This document shows positions 62,605 through 64,000 of a stretch of DNA of 64,000 bases, one piece after another. Positions within the stretch are counted from its first letter, which is position 1, and every line of letters begins with the position of its first letter. The stretch is from Epithemia pelagica (Eukaryota; Protista; Bacillariophyta), in assembly GCA_946965045.2 (NCBI GenBank), contig OX337233.1, positions 1,736,001 through 1,800,000 on the forward strand. Reading direction: 5' to 3'. The translations under genes were made by a program, and so were the position numbers. The notes beneath the pieces were generated by a model, which worked only from the letters and a program-made list of their open reading frames with translations, did no database searches and was not told where the DNA came from.

Positions 62605-63065
62605 ATAGAAAGGGGTCTAAGCCTCGGACTTATTTTTGCAACCTTACCACTCTCGGAAACCTACTCCTAGAAACGTTGAGCTTGGAGATCTCTTCTTTCT
62701 AAAACAGAATGAACGCGAGAGATCTTTGTCCATTTTGCATAATAACAACCGTACTGCAGAACAATGATATGAAGTCCTAGCACCTATTTGTTATGTGAGA
62801 CCTCACAATGATGCCCTGACTTCCAGATACCGTGGTGCAGATTACTTTCATTCATTCATCCGAAAGTACTATCTCCAATAAGCTTGCGACCCAAGCCATT
62901 GTACTATCTTCAAAACCTTTCCGTCGCTATAATACGATAGGAGATGAACACGGCCCGGTGCCAATCCATGAGTAAGGAACGATGTTCCAGTTCTCATTGT
63001 CACTTTTAATGCCCATACATCTCCAATCAAATGTCTGTTTTCGAACATCGGTAGGGCCCTGTTCC

Positions 63066-63671
63066 CTATTCCACTCTTTGACGTTTACGTCGTCTCTGTT
63101 CTTCAGGTCGTTGGTCCAAAAAGGGCAAAACACAACGTAGGATAGTAACAACTTCATTGCTTCGATAGTACGCCGTTTTGTTCGTTTTCCATCCCTCCGA
63201 GGCCCAAACCACCGCTGAAGTAAAGCTATTCAAGGCGGAGGAAGGAGCATGAATCTTACAAACAGTCTTCCACGCTGCCAATTCCAAAAAGTGCATATGA
63301 TGTAAATCCTCTGTTTGCGTCAAAATTCTCTTAACATTGCGATTGGCATTCTCATCACGATTATTAACAAGGGAGCGCGCAAAGATTGCATAACATGAAT
63401 CCCTCCAATAATCGTGAGCCAATCGCTCAATGCGAGGAACCAGGGACTGGAACTCACACACTTCCAGCATGATGCGCTTCATCGAATCATATGACTCTTG
63501 ATTGCTTATATGTCGGTGGCCCGCCAAGTGAGAGCTTAAATTGCCTTCCCCGACAAGTACGTTGCAGAGAAAACAAGCATACTTCTTATTCTCGATGTGC
63601 CGGTGGCTCACTAAGAAATTAATGAAGTTTGATAGACGACCAAAATGTTCCGAAGAATCCGTTGAATCCAT
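63066..63671 (-). CDS. Small C2H2 (U1-like) zinc-finger protein
   Basis: CFLC...HLAGHRH; C-terminal FLELAAWK...VVTILRCVLPFL; an upstream exon is not excluded. Confidence 0.6.
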   Translation of the reverse strand: MDSTDSSEHFGRLSNFINFLVSHRHIENKKYACFLCNVLVGEGNLSSHLAGHRHISNQESYDSMKRIMLEVCEFQSLVPRIERLAHDYWRDSCYAIFARSLVNNRDENANRNVKRILTQTEDLHHMHFLELAAWKTVCKIHAPSSALNSFTSAVVWASEGWKTNKTAYYRSNEVVTILRCVLPFLDQRPEEQRRRKRQRVE

Positions 63672-64000
63672 TGTACCATTGGTATCTCCTGGTCTCCCAT
63701 TGGACGCAAAAAAAAGGTTTTCGTGGAACCGGGATCAAAATGTCAGTAGTCAGTAGCAAGTCTGTCCGTATTCGGAGTACTGTCAGCCATCTGGAGAAGG
63801 TTGAAGTTTTTGCGCCCCGACCGCCGACATACACTCTCTCACAATGGCGTCGAAGAGCTGTCTCGAGTAGTTTGACAGCGACGATGAAGCGATGAGCTAT
63901 CAGAATCATTGAGTTTAAAAAGCAGAAGGACTGATAGAGGACCAATCACGTCGTTCTCGACGGGTGTCTTTACTGGTCTTTCCGTCAGCGTCATGAGATG

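Noticed and set aside
54612-62608. Many short overlapping ORFs within the host gene and within Copia pol
   Set aside because: Antisense or alternate-frame shadows with no independent motifs.

Overview
Eukaryotic nuclear DNA, most consistent with a diatom (CoDi-type Copia elements, short GT-AG introns, diatom-type transposon ORFs); the taxon is inferred, not proven. About 1-54 kb is a nest of mostly decayed transposons: PIF1/Helitron-like helicase, three Copia (CoDi) copies, a foldback MITE, piggyBac, Harbinger, hAT, Tc1/mariner and two Ginger/KRBA2-like integrase remnants. About 54.3-64 kb is host DNA: tRNA-Ile(AAT), a 3-exon ~2608-aa ARM-LRR-CHAT-P-loop gene and a small Zn-finger gene. The most striking feature is that six minus-strand ORFs from 47577 to 39918 are one ~2550-codon reading frame broken by three in-frame stops and two 1-nt frameshifts. 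Its order is Gag-like, inactive Ulp1-like, RING-H2, RING, WG/GW-repeat tract, uncharacterised domain, TET/JBP-type 2OG-Fe(II) dioxygenase, PPKDSEQA repeats. It lies next to a Plavaka-like transposase (core replaced by a Copia) and a pair of unknown Cys-rich genes. Two further TET/JBP-like relics are present (6.5-7.4 kb; 51.7-53.6 kb). Hypothesis: a large transposon carrying an anti-silencing toolkit. All family assignments come from motif recognition by eye; no database searches were run.
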